A DNA stretch of 43,301 nt from NCBI GenBank assembly GCA_038128265.1, contig JAYPJE010000011.1:1-43301 (forward strand). The letters are read 5' to 3'. The stretch comes from Gemmatimonadota bacterium. GTDB lineage: Bacteria > Latescibacterota > UBA2968 > UBA8231. Below are positions 40,486-43,301 of the stretch, in pieces; the first letter of the stretch is position 1; each line of letters starts with the position of its first letter. Under the pieces are notes generated by a model. That model ran no database searches. It was not told where the DNA came from and saw only the letters and a list, made by a program, of their open reading frames with translations. Position numbers and translations under genes: made by a program.

Positions 40486-43299
40486 CTAGCGCGACGAGCT
40501 TCTGAACGGACCCACCTGTATGGATTGCTCTTCTTCGTTTTGCACGATGCCAAAGCTGATGTTTTGCAGGTCGTCGCTGATGAGGTGAGTAAGCTCGCCG
40601 ATGCGCAGCTCTACGCCGGCAAAGAGTTTGCCGTGTATGCTGATAAACGTGCGCAACGCCGTTCGGCGCTGTCTGTCTGCAATATCTTCCAATTCCCTTT
40701 GCAGGTTGTCTTCCAGTTCGGCGACGTGGGCAATGCGCTTGACGATCTGTAGAACCTTCTGCTTTTCCTTGGCTGTGCGGCAAAAGGACAGCTTTTTCTT
40801 GACCTGGGCGATGTCCATACTGGAAAGGCCAATGCGAGTGAGCAGCGCTTCCTGCTTTTCGCCGCACGTAATCAGGTTGGCGCGAATTTTATCGATGCGC
40901 TCGACGGAATCCGGGTTGATGCCTGCCACCAGCTTCGTGTTGGTGTTGTAGGGAGAGCCGATTGACTTGGCGAGGATGCCGCGCCCGCCCCATACCAGAC
41001 CGCCGACCAGCGCGCGCGACTTTCCTTCGCCCTTACCGGAAATGACGACCTGTCCACCTGCGCGCACGGAGGCGTTGAATATGTAGGACCCCACCCGGAC
41101 GTCGCCGCCCGCCCGCACGGTGGACTCTTGGATGTATTTGGTGATGACGCTCGCCCCAGCGATCAGCTCCGTCGTATCGCCGATTACGCCGCGCTTGACC
41201 ACGATATTTTTGCCCGCGGTAATGTAGGCCCCGGATTCGACGTATCCGCCGATGGTGACGCTGCCCGTTGCGCGCACTGAAAACTGCTGTTGCACCGAGC
41301 CGTCGATTACGACGTCGCCATTGAACTCTATGTTGCCCGTCGTGTAATCGACGTCGCCGTCAATGCTCGAGATGGAGTTGATGCTGATGTCAATTCGCCG
41401 CGACCGCCGTCCATTTGCCTCTTTTTCTTTAGACAGCACCGAGATCCCACCACCCGCACTCGCAAAAAAGCCAATGGTGCCGTCTCCCTCCGGCTCGGCG
41501 TAGATGTGCGTGTCGATAACAACTTCAATATTAACGTGCGGCGGGGGGTGCAGCGCATTGCCGAATATATCTATGCCGGCCGTGCCGGGTTGAGGAGGGA
41601 TCAGCCGTCCCAATAGATCTTTTTCTTGCACCAACGTGATCAAATCGCGCTCGCGGAAGTCGATCGAGCCGTCCTCGAGCACTTTCCCGATTTTTTTCTC
41701 TTCGCGCACGTCGACGGCCCATTCGAAATAGGCATCGGTGCCTGTTTGCGCGGGTTCGCCCTCCGCAATGAGGATGAGGTAATCGCTCTGCTTGCCCGCT
41801 TTTAACTCGCGCAGAACATGCACCCAGCGCTCGGGATCGAAACCATAGGTAATATCGTGCAGCTGTAACAGGTCTTCTATCTCGTCCTGTCGGGGGTAGC
41901 GCGCGGAGGAACCCTGGGGCAGGTTGAGAAAGTAGGCGCGCGTCTTGTCGGGCGTAATCCACAGCGGCGGAAGCAGCCGAACTTGAATGTCCCACTGCAG
42001 GCACACGTAGCCAAAGACCTGCGCGCGACAGCGCAGGCCGTTTTCGTCTAGGGAGAGAAAATGGCCAAATTCGATCGGCACGTCATCGCCGGGCTTGGGA
42101 ACGACTTCTTCGCCCTGGATATCGACGCCGGTGACACCTTCGGTCGCCGGCGTTTTTTCGATAAGCGTGTGGCCCGCGCCCATTGCAGTGAAGGTCGGAG
42201 CCGCTGGATCGGAGTAAATGGCATCCAATGCCTCGCAGACCTCCTCGGGTGACTGCATGGACTGGACGGCCTCAATTTGGTTCCACGATAGGATAGAATA
42301 GGGGTCGAAGGTGTAGTGTATTTGCGCATTGTCGCCGGGCACTTCGTGGTGGCCCTGGGCAATGGGCAGCAGAGTGGGCAGAGGGTGGGCGCGTTCGAGG
42401 CGCTGTTGGATCAGGCGCACCTGCTTGTTCATAATCCCATTGCTGACCCACATCATTTCCAGCAGATAGTGTAAGTCCTCCGTGGAAGGTGCGGGTTGGG
42501 CATAGCCCTCGGCTGGCGCGATAAAAACAAAGTAGGCATCCATGCGGTCCGGGCTGATCCAAATCGGCGGCAGCACCGTTGGGTCTCCGTCCAGCAGTCC
42601 GGCGTACCCATATATGGAGGCGAAACAGGTCAGGCCGTCTTCGGATAGGTCGGTGTTGTCGCCGATTTGCAGGTAGACTTCGTCGTCCTGATCTATATCG
42701 AAAGGCGTGCCAAAGACCGTCACGCCGGGCTCTATTTCAGCCGGAATAATTTCTGCGATGGCGTCGCCCGGTTTTACGGGTCTAACCACGCCGCGATACG
42801 AGCGAATCGCCTCAATATGTTGCCCTTCGAGGATGTGCTTCAACAGTTCGAAGTCCGTCATTTTATCCGAAGTCTTTTTCTTCTGCATGACTTCGACCGG
42901 TAGGCGATAGGCGACTGATGCTTCTTTGATCGTCTGCGGTGGATGACCGCGCGCGATGACCAAATCGCGGCATGGGATGCCGCGCCGAGCGCTGTTGATC
43001 GCCGAGCGGATGGCGACGTAGTCTATGCCGTGCGATATGCCGCGGCTGCGGATGAGGTCTATTACTGCTTCGTAGTCGTGGTCTTCTGTGACGTGTGAGA
43101 GCGTTGCGGTTAGCTGGTCTTCCGAGACAACGACGCCCAGGGGGGCAACCTGCATCTGGGTATCGAGGTTGTTAAAGTCGGCGCGGTCGCGGTTGCGTCG
43201 TTCGGTTCCCTTTGAGCGCTGGGCGCTGCGGCTGCGGTTGCGGGGTGCGGGTTCCCCATTAATTTCCTCGCCGAGATCGCCATCCCCTTCAAGTAGAAG
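40486..43299 (-). CDS. FapA/DUF342 family protein with three N-terminal modules, 5'-truncated by the window edge
   Basis: GSIDFRE, IDGDVDYTTGNIEFNGDVVIDGSV and a beta-solenoid followed by a coiled coil. The frame stays open upstream of 43155 to the window end. Confidence 0.85.
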   Translation of the reverse strand, partial: LLLEGDGDLGEEINGEPAPRNRSRSAQRSKGTERRNRDRADFNNLDTQMQVAPLGVVVSEDQLTATLSHVTEDHDYEAVIDLIRSRGISHGIDYVAIRSAINSARRGIPCRDLVIARGHPPQTIKEASVAYRLPVEVMQKKKTSDKMTDFELLKHILEGQHIEAIRSYRGVVRPVKPGDAIAEIIPAEIEPGVTVFGTPFDIDQDDEVYLQIGDNTDLSEDGLTCFASIYGYAGLLDGDPTVLPPIWISPDRMDAYFVFIAPAEGYAQPAPSTEDLHYLLEMMWVSNGIMNKQVRLIQQRLERAHPLPTLLPIAQGHHEVPGDNAQIHYTFDPYSILSWNQIEAVQSMQSPEEVCEALDAIYSDPAAPTFTAMGAGHTLIEKTPATEGVTGVDIQGEEVVPKPGDDVPIEFGHFLSLDENGLRCRAQVFGYVCLQWDIQVRLLPPLWITPDKTRAYFLNLPQGSSARYPRQDEIEDLLQLHDITYGFDPERWVHVLRELKAGKQSDYLILIAEGEPAQTGTDAYFEWAVDVREEKKIGKVLEDGSIDFRERDLITLVQEKDLLGRLIPPQPGTAGIDIFGNALHPPPHVNIEVVIDTHIYAEPEGDGTIGFFASAGGGISVLSKEKEANGRRSRRIDISINSISSIDGDVDYTTGNIEFNGDVVIDGSVQQQFSVRATGSVTIGGYVESGAYITAGKNIVVKRGVIGDTTELIAGASVITKYIQESTVRAGGDVRVGSYIFNASVRAGGQVVISGKGEGKSRALVGGLVWGGRGILAKSIGSPYNTNTKLVAGINPDSVERIDKIRANLITCGEKQEALLTRIGLSSMDIAQVKKKLSFCRTAKEKQKVLQIVKRIAHVAELEDNLQRELEDIADRQRRTALRTFISIHGKLFAGVELRIGELTHLISDDLQNISFGIVQNEEEQSIQVGPFRSSSR

Positions 43300-43301
43300 G
43301 T

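Overview
GC-rich, densely coding chromosomal segment of a diderm bacterium (TonB-dependent receptor, lipoprotein, beta-barrel protein). The gene mix suggests an FCB-group/Latescibacterota-like lineage, but that is inference only. In order it carries: a 5'-truncated fibronectin-III repeat protein; a small orphan gene; tilS-ftsH-folP-dacA; argR-argB-argD-argH; two tandem enolase-superfamily paralogues with an M20 amidohydrolase; ligA; cyoE; mobA-larB; a second small orphan; ppdK-parA-parB plus an FGE-like lipoprotein; a Gfo/Idh/MocA oxidoreductase; a TonB-dependent receptor; pirin, HAD and receiver genes; ilvB-ilvN; two M19 dipeptidases with a mandelate-racemase-family enzyme; a beta-barrel protein with Ca-binding repeats; and a 5'-truncated FapA/DUF342 protein with a triplicated N-module. 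I saw no rRNA, tRNA, CRISPR array or mobile element. Best leads: (1) both orphan helical proteins sit behind sigma-54 (-24/-12) motifs, one with a consensus IHF site and a palindrome upstream; (2) two mirror-image 'enolase-superfamily + metallopeptidase' modules may salvage D-amino acids, N-acyl amino acids or dipeptides; (3) ArgR has altered DNA-recognition and corepressor motifs; (4) the diadenylate cyclase has DQA in place of the catalytic DGA.
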